A stretch of 64,000 bases of DNA from NCBI GenBank assembly GCA_016192455.1, contig JACPUC010000027.1, forward strand, positions 1 to 64,000, read 5' to 3'. The translations under genes and the position numbers were made by a program. The first letter of the stretch is position 1; the number at the start of each line of letters is the position of its first letter. The notes under the pieces are model-generated. The model had not been told where the DNA came from and did not search any database. It saw only the letters and a program-made list of their open reading frames with translations. This DNA is from Candidatus Tectimicrobiota bacterium. GTDB lineage: Bacteria; JACPUC01. Positions 17,943 through 27,771 of this stretch are shown here, piece after piece.

Positions 17943-19289
17943 ATGGCAAGCCTAGCCATTCGCAATGGAACGATCATCACCTGCGACCCGCGGCACCGCA
18001 TTCTGCGGCACGGCTGCCTGGTGTTCGACGGGGAGCGCATCACCGCCGTGCTTGCCGAGAGCGAGGCCGGCGCCGCCCAGGCCGAGGCGAGCCTCGACGC
18101 CGCGGGGTGCGTGGTGATTCCCGGCCTCATCAACGCGCACACGCACATGCAGGAGGTGATCAACCGCGGCCTGGGGGCGGACCTGACAATGCCGCGCTGG
18201 CTCTCCGAGCTGGCCATGCCGTCGCTCTCCAAGCGCACGCCGAAGCTCTACGAGCTGGGAGCCATGGTCTCCTGCATCGAGATGCTGAAGTCCGGCACCA
18301 CGTACGTCTACGAGAACCCGCTGCCGCCGATCCCCCAGGCCGATGCCGCGGCGCGCGCCATCGCGGAGACCGGCCTGCGCGGCTCGGTGGCGCCGATCAT
18401 CTCCGATCGCAACTACCCCGCCGCCTTCCGGGTCGACGTGAAGACCGCGCAGGCGCAGAGCGAAGACTTCGTGAACCGCTGGCAGGGCGCCGCCGGCGGC
18501 AGGCTGCAGACCGGCCTCAGCCCCTCCACCCCCGCCTTCACGGCCAGCCGCGAGCTGGTGCGCGAGCTCTCCCGGCTGGCGACGCAGCTCGGCGTGGGAT
18601 TCACCACGCACGTCGCCGAGTCCACCGCCACGGTGCAGGCCCTGCGGAAGGAGTACGGCGCCAAAGGCGTGGTCTTCTTCCTGGAAGAGCTTGGCGTCCT
18701 CAACGCCCGCTTCGTGTCGTCGCAGTCCGTGCACCTGTTGCCGGAGGAGCTGCCTCTCTTCGCCGCCGCCGGCGTGCACGTGGCGAACAACCCCTCCTCG
18801 AACATGTTCCTGGGCAACGGCATTGCGCCGGTGCGCGACCTGTTGGCCGCCGGCGTCAACGTCGCCCTGGGGTGCGACGCGCCGGCCTGCAACAACGTCC
18901 TCGACATGCTGGCGGAGCTGAAGATCGCCGCCCTGGCGCAGAAGGTGCGCTACGGCGACCCGACGGCGATCACCACCGAGCAGGTCCTCGACCTCGCGAC
19001 GCGGAACGCGGCGCGCGCCGTCGGCCTGGGGGATGAGCTTGGCTCGCTGGAGGTGGGCAAGCTGGCGGATGTGGTCATCGTGGACATGACGCAGCCCCAC
19101 TGCCTGCCGGGCAATAATCCGCTCGCCGATCTCGTCTACTCAGCAACGGGTCGTGACGTGAAGCATGTCTTCATCGGCGGCAGGCAGGTGGTGCGCGACG
19201 GCAACGTGACGACGGTGGACGAACAGCCGATCCTCACCCAGTTCATCCGCGAGGCGAGGGCGGTGGATGTGGGGGGAACGTTCCACTGA
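17943..19289 (+). CDS. Amidohydrolase of the MtaD/AtzA/SsnA deaminase group
   Basis: PGLINAHTH, HVAES, NPSSNMFLGNG, LGCD and GSLEVGKLAD motifs. Confidence 0.9.
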   Translation: MASLAIRNGTIITCDPRHRILRHGCLVFDGERITAVLAESEAGAAQAEASLDAAGCVVIPGLINAHTHMQEVINRGLGADLTMPRWLSELAMPSLSKRTPKLYELGAMVSCIEMLKSGTTYVYENPLPPIPQADAAARAIAETGLRGSVAPIISDRNYPAAFRVDVKTAQAQSEDFVNRWQGAAGGRLQTGLSPSTPAFTASRELVRELSRLATQLGVGFTTHVAESTATVQALRKEYGAKGVVFFLEELGVLNARFVSSQSVHLLPEELPLFAAAGVHVANNPSSNMFLGNGIAPVRDLLAAGVNVALGCDAPACNNVLDMLAELKIAALAQKVRYGDPTAITTEQVLDLATRNAARAVGLGDELGSLEVGKLADVVIVDMTQPHCLPGNNPLADLVYSATGRDVKHVFIGGRQVVRDGNVTTVDEQPILTQFIREARAVDVGGTFH

Positions 19290-19523
19290 GGTTGCGTCTG
19301 GTCTCCGCCGGGGGATCACCTTGTTTCATCATCCGGCGGCGGCGTCGCGAAGGGTTGGGGAGCGGGGATGCCCCACCGACCCCCGCAAGCATGGAGGCGG
19401 GGCGCGCGCCGAGGCACGGCCCCGCCCGCTGGCGTTGCGCTCCCCCTCCGGTTGACCTGGAGGGCGGGCCTGGGGCCGCCTTGCGGCATCACCCAGGGCG
19501 CCTCGCCCCATCTCCCTCCGGCG

Positions 19524-20714
19524 CTACGGGAGGCGCACGTAATCCCCGTCCTTCACCACGAAGATGAACGCCTCCTTCACGGCGTCGCCATCCAGGCCCA
19601 TGGCGGTGCGGCCGCCGACGCCGGTGTAGTCCTTCAGGTTCGCCCAGCAGTCGCGGATTTTCTGCCGATCGCTGGCGAGGTCCTCCGGGCGGTTGGTCAC
19701 GCCGGAGGTCTCGATGCAGGTCTTGGTGACGAAGATGGTGTCATAGAGGTTGGCGGTGGTGTTCATCGGCTTGTCGCCCTTCTTGTCGCGTTTGATGTAC
19801 TCCGCGACAAAGCGCCGCACCTTCGGGTCCGGGTTCTCCGCCCAGAAGCTCCCCACCGTGTAAACCCCTTCGGCATCTTTCTTGGCGAGGTGGACGAACT
19901 CCGGGACACTCAGCGACACGCCGCCGATGGCCGGCACCATGACGCCCTGGCGGCGCATCTCGCGCAGGAAGTTCGCCGAGGCCGCCTGCAACCCCGCCAG
20001 CACCACACCGTCCACCTTGGCGTGCTTCACCTTCGTGACCTGGGCGCTGAAGTCGATGTCCGTCGTCACGAAGTCCGTCTCCAACCCCACCTCCACGCCG
20101 TTCGCCTTCAGGAGCGCCGGCATCACGTCCTTGCCGTAGGTTTTGCTGAAGAAGTCCTTCACGTCGGTGGCGACGGCGACGCGCTTGATCTGCGGGTAGG
20201 CCTTCAACCATTTTTCAACCACGGGGCCATTCAGCTTCTCGCTGGTCATGACGTTGCGGAAGGACCAGGGGCGGTTGCTGGCCGAGAGGCCGGGCGCCGC
20301 GGCGGAGGAGGAGATGATCGGCGCCGCGGCACGGTTCGCCACCGGGAAGGTGACGGCGGTGGTGGAGCTGAGGTAGGGTCCCAGGACCGCCAGCACCTTG
20401 TCGGCGTCGATGAGCTTGCGGGCCGCCTGGATGGAGGTCTCCGACTTGCTCGCCGTGTCGTACATGATGATCCGCAGGGGCAGTCCGCCGACGCCGCCGG
20501 CGGCATTGATCTCCTCCATCGCCATGTTCATGGCGATGACCTGCTGGAGCCCATTATGGGCCACCGCCCCCGTCGTGGGGATGAGCGCCCCGAGCTTCAC
20601 CTCCTTGCCGGCCAGCTTGGCGGCAGCGGTCGTGGCCGCGGCCAGCACCCCAACGATGAGCAGAAGCGTTACCAGCCATGACATCCCAAGCCAACGACGC
20701 TGAACACCGTTCAT
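19524..20714 (-). CDS. Orphan LivJ-like ABC substrate-binding protein
   Basis: Signal peptide; EEINAAGGVGG, LGPYLSS, DFSAQVTKVK. Confidence 0.9.
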   Translation of the reverse strand: MNGVQRRWLGMSWLVTLLLIVGVLAAATTAAAKLAGKEVKLGALIPTTGAVAHNGLQQVIAMNMAMEEINAAGGVGGLPLRIIMYDTASKSETSIQAARKLIDADKVLAVLGPYLSSTTAVTFPVANRAAAPIISSSAAAPGLSASNRPWSFRNVMTSEKLNGPVVEKWLKAYPQIKRVAVATDVKDFFSKTYGKDVMPALLKANGVEVGLETDFVTTDIDFSAQVTKVKHAKVDGVVLAGLQAASANFLREMRRQGVMVPAIGGVSLSVPEFVHLAKKDAEGVYTVGSFWAENPDPKVRRFVAEYIKRDKKGDKPMNTTANLYDTIFVTKTCIETSGVTNRPEDLASDRQKIRDCWANLKDYTGVGGRTAMGLDGDAVKEAFIFVVKDGDYVRLP

Positions 20715-21144
20715 ACTTTCTCCTTCCCCGTGCCGAGGTACGCCCCCCGGCGCTTTGGAACGTGAACTGCGCGGCGGTCGCGCCTTCGGCGTCGTGCCGC
20801 CCAGGCGCCGACCACGCCGACCAACAGCTCAGGGGCAAAGGCCCCGCTTCGCTTCGCCTTTGAACAGCGCGAGAAAGCCTGCTTGGGGTTGCTGGTATGC
20901 CTTCCATTATCGCGCCGCGGCTAAGCAAGCGCAAACCCCGCGACCGGCACGCGCGCACCCGCCGTCGAGGCGAGTTGGCGCGAAAAAATCTGCTCTCCAT
21001 CATGTCGGGAACCCGGCAAGGGCCTATATTCTCTGGGAGCAGCAGGCCAGGCGGGCTGCTCGCCGGCGTGCCCAAGCCGGCGCCGAGGAGTGTTGAGCGC
21101 CGTCATCCCCCGGCACGCGCCGCGTCGGTTTTCAGGAGACCTCG

Positions 21145-22299
21145 ATGCATCCACACCGCGAGCTGAACTTCAACGAGGCGCCCTTCCTCCTCATCTGGGA
21201 GATCACCCAGGCGTGCGCCCAGGCCTGCCTGCATTGCCGCGCCGAGGCCATCCCGTCGCGCCATGCCGGCGAGCTCACGCTGGCGGAAGGAGAGCACCTC
21301 ATCGACCAGCTTGCGGAGATGGGCACGCCGATCCTCATCCTCACCGGCGGCGATCCGCTGGAGCGCGACGACCTCGAGGACCTCATCCGCCACGGCAAGG
21401 CGCGCGGCCTGCGCGTCGGCGCCATTCCCGCCGCCACGCCGCGCCTGACGGCGGAGCGCGTGCAGCACCTGGCGGCGGCGGGGCTGGATCAGATGGCCCT
21501 CAGCCTCGATGCCGTCAGCGCCGAGCAGCACGACGCCTTCCGCGGCGTCGAGGGGTCCTTCGCGCGCACCCTGGCCGGGGCGCGTTACGCGCGGCAGGCC
21601 GGCCTGCGGCTGCAGATCAACACCGTCTTCGCGGCCTGGAACGTCGGTCTGTTCGATCCCCTCCGGCAGCTCGTGGAGGAACTCGGGGCGGTCTTCTGGG
21701 AGGTCTTCTTCCTCGTCCCCACCGGGCGGGGGAGCGCCGTGAAGGGCCTGACGCCGGAGCAGTACGAAGATCTCTTCGCCAAGCTCCACGCCCTGCAACG
21801 GCAGGTCTCTTACATCGTCAAGGTGACCGAGGCGCCGCACTACCGCATGTTCGTCGCCGAGCGGGAGCGCCGGCGGCAGACCACGGACGGCGCCTCGCCC
21901 GGCCCATCCACCGGGGCGCGCATCCGCCAGCTCCTGGCGCGCGAGACCGGCCCCGCCGGCGGCGTGGGGCAGGCGCCGCGCGGCGTCAACTCCGGCAAAG
22001 GCTTCGTCTTCGTCAGTCACACGGGCGACGTCTTCCCCAGCGGCTTCCTTCCCGTCCGCGCCGGCAACGTGCGCCAGACCCCGCTGGCGGAGCTCTACCG
22101 CGACACGCCGGTCTTCCGCGAGCTGCGCGACGCCGCGCTCCTGAAAGGGCGCTGCGGCGTCTGCCCCTACCGCGAGCTGTGCGGCGGATCGCGCTCCCGC
22201 GCCTACGCCCTGACGGGCGACTACCTCGCCGAGGACCAGAGCTGCCGCTACCAGCCGCCAACCCACGCACCGGCGGCGGCGCAGGCGGCGCACTCCTGA
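21145..22299 (+). CDS. Radical SAM/SPASM protein, TIGR04053 (NirJ/AhbD-related)-like
   Basis: WEITQACAQACLHCRA (CxxxCxxC); LVPTGRG; SPASM GRCGVCPYRELCGGSRSRAYA. Confidence 0.88.
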   Translation: MHPHRELNFNEAPFLLIWEITQACAQACLHCRAEAIPSRHAGELTLAEGEHLIDQLAEMGTPILILTGGDPLERDDLEDLIRHGKARGLRVGAIPAATPRLTAERVQHLAAAGLDQMALSLDAVSAEQHDAFRGVEGSFARTLAGARYARQAGLRLQINTVFAAWNVGLFDPLRQLVEELGAVFWEVFFLVPTGRGSAVKGLTPEQYEDLFAKLHALQRQVSYIVKVTEAPHYRMFVAERERRRQTTDGASPGPSTGARIRQLLARETGPAGGVGQAPRGVNSGKGFVFVSHTGDVFPSGFLPVRAGNVRQTPLAELYRDTPVFRELRDAALLKGRCGVCPYRELCGGSRSRAYALTGDYLAEDQSCRYQPPTHAPAAAQAAHS

Positions 22300-22378
22300 C
22301 GGCCGGCCGGCCGCAGCCGTTACCGGCGCCGACGCCGTACGGGCCGCGGAGCGCCGGCCTGCGCAGCCACGTCACGCC

Positions 22379-22750
22379 ATGTCCACCGCTTCGTTCCGCG
22401 ACACCTTCATGCGGCGCGACCGGCTGCTGCTGGCGTCCGGGCCGTTGCTCCTCGCCTGCCTGGCCTGGCTCGCCCCTTGCCGCTCGCCCCTTGCCTTCCT
22501 CCTGACCTTCTGGCGCGAGGGGCGGGGCGGCGCCTTCCTCATGGGGGTGCATCACGGGACCTTCTGCGTGGGCTGCTGCTGGGTGCTCATGGGCTTGCTC
22601 TTCGTGGCGGGGGTGATGAACCTCGTGTGGGTGGCGGCGATCGCCGGCTTCATCCTGCTGGAGCGGCTCGTGCCGCGCGGCCGCTGGCTCAGCCGTCTGA
22701 CGGGGCTCCTCCTCGCCGGCTGGGGAATGTGGGTCGGTGCAGGAGGATAG
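22379..22750 (+). pseudogene. DUF2182 metal-binding membrane protein, apparently internally deleted
   Basis: CRSP...G..HG.FCVGCCWVLMGLLFVAGVMNL is the DUF2182 C-terminal half, joined directly to a short N-terminal helix. Confidence 0.65.
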
Positions 22751-22900
22751 CCCCAGTGGGGTGGGAGCGGCTTCACGTTCATGCCGCGCCGGGGTACAAT
22801 GGAGGCGTGGGGCGGCTGCCCGCGCGGATTCGGCGGGGAGGAGCAGCGCAGCGGGCCTGGGTGGCCGCGACGGGGAGATCGACCTCAGGGGTGAGAGACC

Positions 22901-24535
22901 ATGCCGATTCAGGTGAGCCTGCCGGCGGCGGAGGTGGAGCGCTTTCGCGCCGCCGGGTATTGGAGCGGCGAGACGCTCTGGACCATCCTCGAGGGCTGGG
23001 CGCGGCGCCAGCCGAACGCCGTGGCGATGGTGGACGCCGAGCGGCGCATCACCTACGCCGAGCTCTGCGCCGAGAGCGAGCGCCTGGCCGGGGCGCTGCG
23101 GCGGCTTGGTGTCGGGCGCGGGGAGGTCGTCGGCGAGGTGATGCCGAACAGCATCGACTGGCTGGTGGCGCACCTTGCCGTGAGCCGCTGCGGGGCCGTC
23201 TGGGCGCCCTTCCACCTCGCCTTCCGCCAGCACGAGTTCCGCCAGCTCCTGCCGGCGGCGGAGGCCAGCGCCATCATCGTGCCGGCGGACTACCGCGGCA
23301 CGAACTTCCCGGCGATCATCGATGAGGTGGCGGCGGCGCTCCCCGGCGGGCGGCAAGGGCTGCTGCGCATCGCGTCCCTGGGGCAAGGCTGGCGCCAGGC
23401 CACCGACCGCCTCCCCGACGGCTGGCACTGCCTGGAGCGACTGCGGCAGGAAGGAGGGCCGGTTGACTTCCCCCCCATCGCGCCGGGCGACGCTTTCTCG
23501 ATCACCTTCACCTCCGGCACCACCGGCGAGCCGAAAGGGGCGGTGCACACCACCGACACGAGCCTCGTTGCCGGCCCCGGCAACTTCAAGGCGCGGGGAA
23601 TCAAGCCCGGCGATGTCTGCTTCTGCGTCTCGCCGTTTGCCTTCTCGTTCGCCCACGAGTCCGTCTACAGCACGCTCGTCAACGGGGCCACGGCCATCGG
23701 CGTGGACCGCGTGGCACCGGAGGAGTTCTGCCGCATCGTGGAGCGGGAGCGCGTCACCTTTGTCCTCTGCTCGCCCGCCTTCATACCGCCGCTGGCGCAG
23801 GAGGGCGTCTGGCGGCGCTACGACTTGTCGAGCGTACGCCTGGTGCTCACCGGCGGCACCACCGTGGCGCCGACCGTCGTTCGCGCCCTGCGGACCTGCT
23901 TCCCGAACTGCACGCCGCTGGCGCAGTGGGGGATGACCGAGTGCTTCGCCGCCATCCGCACCGAGGTGGCGGACAACGTCGAGGTGGTGATGCAGAGCGT
24001 CGGCACGCCGGGGCCGGGCATCGAGGCGGCGATCCTCGACGAGGCGGGGAACGAGCTGCCGCCGGGGGTCATCGGCGAGCTGGCGGTGCGCGGCGCCTCC
24101 CTCATGTGGGGCTACTGGCGGCGCGATGAGGGGACGCGCAGCCGCAACCCGCGGAGCTGGTTCCTGAGCGGCGACCTGGCGACGCACGACGGCAAAGGTT
24201 ACTTCCAATTCGTCAGCCGCAAGAAGGAGGTCATCAACCGTGGCGGCGTGAAGGTCTACCCCGCCGAGGTTGAGGCCATCCTCAGCGAGCATCAGGCGAT
24301 CGTCGAGTGCGCCGTGGTGGGGTACGCCGACGAGCGGCTCGGCGAGCGCGCCTGCCTGGCCGCGGTCGTCAAGGATGGGCGGGAGCTGTCGCTTGCCGAC
24401 CTCACCGCTTACCTCGAGGGGCGCGGCCTGGCGAGGTACAAGTTCCCCGAGCGCCTGGAGGTCATCGAAGCCCTGCCGCGCAACCCCTCGAATAAGATCG
24501 ACAAGGGCCGCCTTGCCAAGATGCTGAACCTCTGA
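22901..24535 (+). CDS. AMP-forming acyl-CoA ligase (cyclohexanecarboxylate/aryl-CoA ligase-like)
   Basis: FTSGTTGEPKG, WGMTE, RKKEVINRGG, DERLGERAC and LPRNPSNKIDK motifs. Confidence 0.9.
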   Translation: MPIQVSLPAAEVERFRAAGYWSGETLWTILEGWARRQPNAVAMVDAERRITYAELCAESERLAGALRRLGVGRGEVVGEVMPNSIDWLVAHLAVSRCGAVWAPFHLAFRQHEFRQLLPAAEASAIIVPADYRGTNFPAIIDEVAAALPGGRQGLLRIASLGQGWRQATDRLPDGWHCLERLRQEGGPVDFPPIAPGDAFSITFTSGTTGEPKGAVHTTDTSLVAGPGNFKARGIKPGDVCFCVSPFAFSFAHESVYSTLVNGATAIGVDRVAPEEFCRIVERERVTFVLCSPAFIPPLAQEGVWRRYDLSSVRLVLTGGTTVAPTVVRALRTCFPNCTPLAQWGMTECFAAIRTEVADNVEVVMQSVGTPGPGIEAAILDEAGNELPPGVIGELAVRGASLMWGYWRRDEGTRSRNPRSWFLSGDLATHDGKGYFQFVSRKKEVINRGGVKVYPAEVEAILSEHQAIVECAVVGYADERLGERACLAAVVKDGRELSLADLTAYLEGRGLARYKFPERLEVIEALPRNPSNKIDKGRLAKMLNL

Positions 24536-24589
24536 GCGGCGTGCCTGCTCTTCCTCCCCGCGGCGCGGGCCTGTGCCTCGCCGCGTCGT

Positions 24590-25057
24590 TCACCCTGCCT
24601 CGTCCGACGACCGTTGCAGCACGCCGAGCTGCAGCAGCATCCCCAGCTCATCGCGGCAGACCCACTGCTCGGCGATCTTGCCGTCGCGCAGGCGAAAGAT
24701 GGCCATGGCCTCCCAGGAGATCGTCCTGCCCGCCACCGCCTGGTTGCCGAGGCGCGTCCGCCACTCGCCGCTGAACGTGGCCCGATGACTCAGCCGGCAG
24801 GCCACCCGGTCCCCCTCGGCGATGAGGTCGTGGACGGTCGTGGCGACGTGGCTATAGAGCTTGGCGCCGGCGCCGACGATGCGCCTGATGCCCTCCAGGC
24901 CGCTGATCGGCCGCGACGCCTCCGGGCGATGGATGATGCAGTCCGCGGTAAAGAGATCCCCGAGGATGGTGACGTCATGCTGATCGACGGCTTCCGCGAA
25001 GAAGCGGCGCACGACCTCCTTGGCTGACGGTAGCGGCGAGGGTGACGGCAGGGGCAT
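24590..25057 (-). CDS. SnoaL-like ester cyclase (NTF2 fold)
   Basis: VVRRFF, DLIAEGDRVA and FRLRDGKIAEQW...DELGMLLQLG motifs. Confidence 0.85.
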   Translation of the reverse strand: MPLPSPSPLPSAKEVVRRFFAEAVDQHDVTILGDLFTADCIIHRPEASRPISGLEGIRRIVGAGAKLYSHVATTVHDLIAEGDRVACRLSHRATFSGEWRTRLGNQAVAGRTISWEAMAIFRLRDGKIAEQWVCRDELGMLLQLGVLQRSSDEAG

Positions 25058-25100
25058 GGAGCTCCCTCCTGCGTGGCGGCGACCGGCTGTGATGGGGAAG

Positions 25101-25157
25101 TCCGCAGATTTCGCCGATGACGCAGATTCAAGGGGGCGGTTCACGAACCGCCCCTAC
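25101..25157. repeat. REP elements (half cgcagat-type unit plus GTAG-type REP)
   Basis: ccgcagatttcgccgatgacgcagatt followed by ggggcggttcacgaaccgcccctac. Confidence 0.7.
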
Positions 25158-25504
25158 TTCTTTATGACCGCCTCCGAGTAGTCCAGAGCTCGATGCTCTC
25201 CTTTCCGGCGTAGAGTCGGATGTGGGCGGTTCCCCCCCCAGGAGGAGGAGAGCAGAGAAACTGGCTGGGCCTTCGGCAGGACGATGCAGAGGCCACGGTT
25301 GGCGAGGAACTCCATGCCGCGTTGATCGTCCTGGGTTTTGGCCGTCACCCACTGGTCGAAGGCGTCGGCCGTGAGACAGGCGACCTTGGGCGTGATGACG
25401 TGATCGGCGGGAGTGGGCGTGCGAGGCGCGTCAGACATGGCCAGCGCGACGATGAGCGGCGTGAGGATCGAGGCGCCGATAATCAGGGCGGTCTTGGGTT
25501 TCAT
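25154..25504 (-). CDS. Hypothetical exported small protein, possibly frameshifted near its 3' end
   Basis: N-terminal hydrophobic signal, two Cys; G8 tract at 25232-25239. Confidence 0.55.
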   Translation of the reverse strand: MKPKTALIIGASILTPLIVALAMSDAPRTPTPADHVITPKVACLTADAFDQWVTAKTQDDQRGMEFLANRGLCIVLPKAQPVSLLSSSWGGNRPHPTLRRKGEHRALDYSEAVIKK

Positions 25505-25571
25505 GGGGTGCGCCTTTCAGGGCGGGCGAGACGCCCATGGTGGACGCGGCGGCGGGCGGGGCCGCGTCCTC

Positions 25572-26285
25572 CTACAACGTGCTCAAGTGAGCCGCCAGCT
25601 CCTCGGGCGCGGCGTAGAAGGGCGAGTGGCTCGTGTTCATGGAGATGACCGGGGCGCACGCCAGGCGCGTGTACATGACCTTTTGCAGGTGCGGCGCGAT
25701 GGCCCGATCGTTGAGGCACTCGATGTAGGCGCGCGGGATGCGCCCGAAGTTCGCCTCGCTGGTGCGCACGGCGGCGCCGAGCGGCTGCAGGGCTTGCGGC
25801 ACCAAGCGCGCCGCGGCCCGCCGCGCGTCCTCCTCCGGGCAGTCGGCGTAGAACACCTCGCGCACCGCTTCGGGCCGGATGGTTGCGGACTTGCCGTCGG
25901 CGGCGAGGACCATGTTGGGACGCACCAGCGAGACGGTGTCCGGGGGCGTCAGGGTGAGCCGCGACTCGCCGTTGCGCAGGAGAAAAGCTGTCAGGTAGAC
26001 GAGCCTGCGGATGCGCCGCGGGCAGTCCTCGGCGGCCTGGGTGATGATGATGCCGCCCATGCTGTGGCCCACCAGGATGGCCGGCTCGGGCTGCGCCGCC
26101 AGCACCTCGCAGACCCGCCGCGCATAGCGCTCCAGGGTGACCTCGGCGGTTGGCGTGGGGTCCTGCCCGTGGCCCGGCAGGTCAGGCGCCACGACCGTAT
26201 GGCCGTCTCGTTGCAGCAGCGGCGCCACCTTCTCCCAGCACCAGCCGCCATGCCAAGCGCCATGGATGAGAACGTAGGTACTCAT
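25572..26285 (-). CDS. Alpha/beta hydrolase (methyl-salicylate esterase-like)
   Basis: LIHGAWHGGWCW, GHSMGG nucleophile elbow, SHSPF. Confidence 0.93.
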   Translation of the reverse strand: MSTYVLIHGAWHGGWCWEKVAPLLQRDGHTVVAPDLPGHGQDPTPTAEVTLERYARRVCEVLAAQPEPAILVGHSMGGIIITQAAEDCPRRIRRLVYLTAFLLRNGESRLTLTPPDTVSLVRPNMVLAADGKSATIRPEAVREVFYADCPEEDARRAAARLVPQALQPLGAAVRTSEANFGRIPRAYIECLNDRAIAPHLQKVMYTRLACAPVISMNTSHSPFYAAPEELAAHLSTL

Positions 26286-26622
26286 GATGGGAGATCCAGA
26301 GCGTGCGCGGCTTCCGGCCGGCCGCGCCGCGCCGCGTCACGCCTCGAAGAGGCCGCGCTGGCCAAGAGCCGAGAAATCGGCCAGAGGATGCCATGGTATG
26401 CCGCCGACCACCGCGATGCAACCGCCGCTGGCTGCCATGAGATTCCAGCCTCCCCTGACCGGCGCAGCCTTTAAGCGCTTGGCGCGGCGATTTTCTTCTT
26501 GACAGACTTGCGAAGGGAGGATGCAGGGAATAAGTTAGCCTAAGAGGCGGAGAGATCAACAATAAGAAACACTTATCTAAGACATTAGACACCATTGCAG
26601 CGGGCGGGGCAGCCGGCGACTC

Positions 26623-27114
26623 ATGAAACTCAACCGCGAAAGTGAATATGGGCTCAAGGCCTTGGTCTTCCTGGCGCAGCAGCGGCCGGGGGCGGTGTTC
26701 CAGGCAAGCACGATCGCGGAGGCCAAGGAGCTGCCGCGCGGATTCCTCGCCAAGATCTTCCAGAAGCTCACGCAGCACGGTCTGTTGCGCTCGCATCGCG
26801 GCAAGCGCCGGGGCTACACCCTGGCGCGCGCGCCGGAGGAGATTTTCCTGCGGGAGATCGTTGAGGCCATCGAGGGGCCGGGGCTGTTTGACCGCTGCAT
26901 TTTTTGGAGCGGTCGCTGCAGCACCACGAACCCCTGCCTGCTGCACGAGTGGTTCAAGGAGGTCAAGCCGAGGCTTGAGGAGATGCTGACCACGACGACC
27001 TTGGCGGAGGTTCTGGCTCAGAACGCCTTGGCAGGCGGGACGGAGCTTTGCCGGGAGTTCGCGCCGGGCTTATTCGGCGCGGAAAAGAGGCACCAGCCTC
27101 CCTCGCAGCCGTAA
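26623..27114 (+). CDS. Rrf2-family transcriptional regulator with Cys-rich probable Fe-S motif
   Basis: EYGLKALVFLA, FLAKIFQKL, S.RG..GY.LAR; CIFWSGRCSTTNPCLLH. Confidence 0.9.
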   Translation: MKLNRESEYGLKALVFLAQQRPGAVFQASTIAEAKELPRGFLAKIFQKLTQHGLLRSHRGKRRGYTLARAPEEIFLREIVEAIEGPGLFDRCIFWSGRCSTTNPCLLHEWFKEVKPRLEEMLTTTTLAEVLAQNALAGGTELCREFAPGLFGAEKRHQPPSQP

Positions 27115-27302
27115 AAAGGAGCGGCAGGCGGGAGGGGCTGGTTTAATTGTTCCGTAGCAAAGGACCTTCAAGACCCCATTACATCCGCCGGTTCCCTCCA
27201 CTCACCCTCATGCGGGGAGATGTGGTTGCCGCGCTCGTAGGGAGACCTCCTCGGTTCGCTAACGTTGATCCTGCCCACCTACTGCCTCCGAATCGCCGCT
27301 CG

Positions 27303-27524
27303 CTCTTCTGGCTTTCCTTGTTGAACCCGATGCAGGCCTTCAAGCTCGCCGCGCTGCTGAGCTTCAGGCCCAACCTCGATGTGCTCGGTCCGGTGGGGGC
27401 CTACGCGATCCATAGGATGGGCGCGGGCGGCCTGCGGCTCCTCCTCATCGGCAGCCTTCTCCTCTGGTCGTTCCTCCCCCTCAGCCTGGCTCTCAGCCTC
27501 TTCAGCGTGCCGCGCGATGAGTGA
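27303..27524 (+). pseudogene. C-terminal fragment of a NosY-like ABC-2 permease
   Basis: LLNPMQAFKLAALL...LDVLGPVGAYA...LLLW..LPLSLA...F resembles NosY C-termini; upstream in-frame sequence is not protein-like. Confidence 0.55.
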
Positions 27525-27771
27525 GGAACGAGGCCGCCGCTCCCGCCCGGCATGCCGCGACGCCCGTGGCGGGACGTCCCTCGGCAGATTGTGGTAGTCA
27601 AGCGGCGCGTCTCCATGCCAACATTGAGCGGGGTTGGTTGCCGCGGGCAGGGGTGGCCCGCCGCGGCGCGGCGAAGGCGGGCGCGCCTCCCACCTCGGGG
27701 GAGAGGCGCATCATTTCCTGCCACGGCGTTGAACATACCGGGCGCGCGGCTGCGTTCGGAAGGGGTCGGCG

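Noticed and set aside
20974..20995. sigma54 promoter TGGCGCG...TGC upstream of the radical SAM gene
   Set aside because: The GG to GC spacing is 3 bp too long for -24/-12
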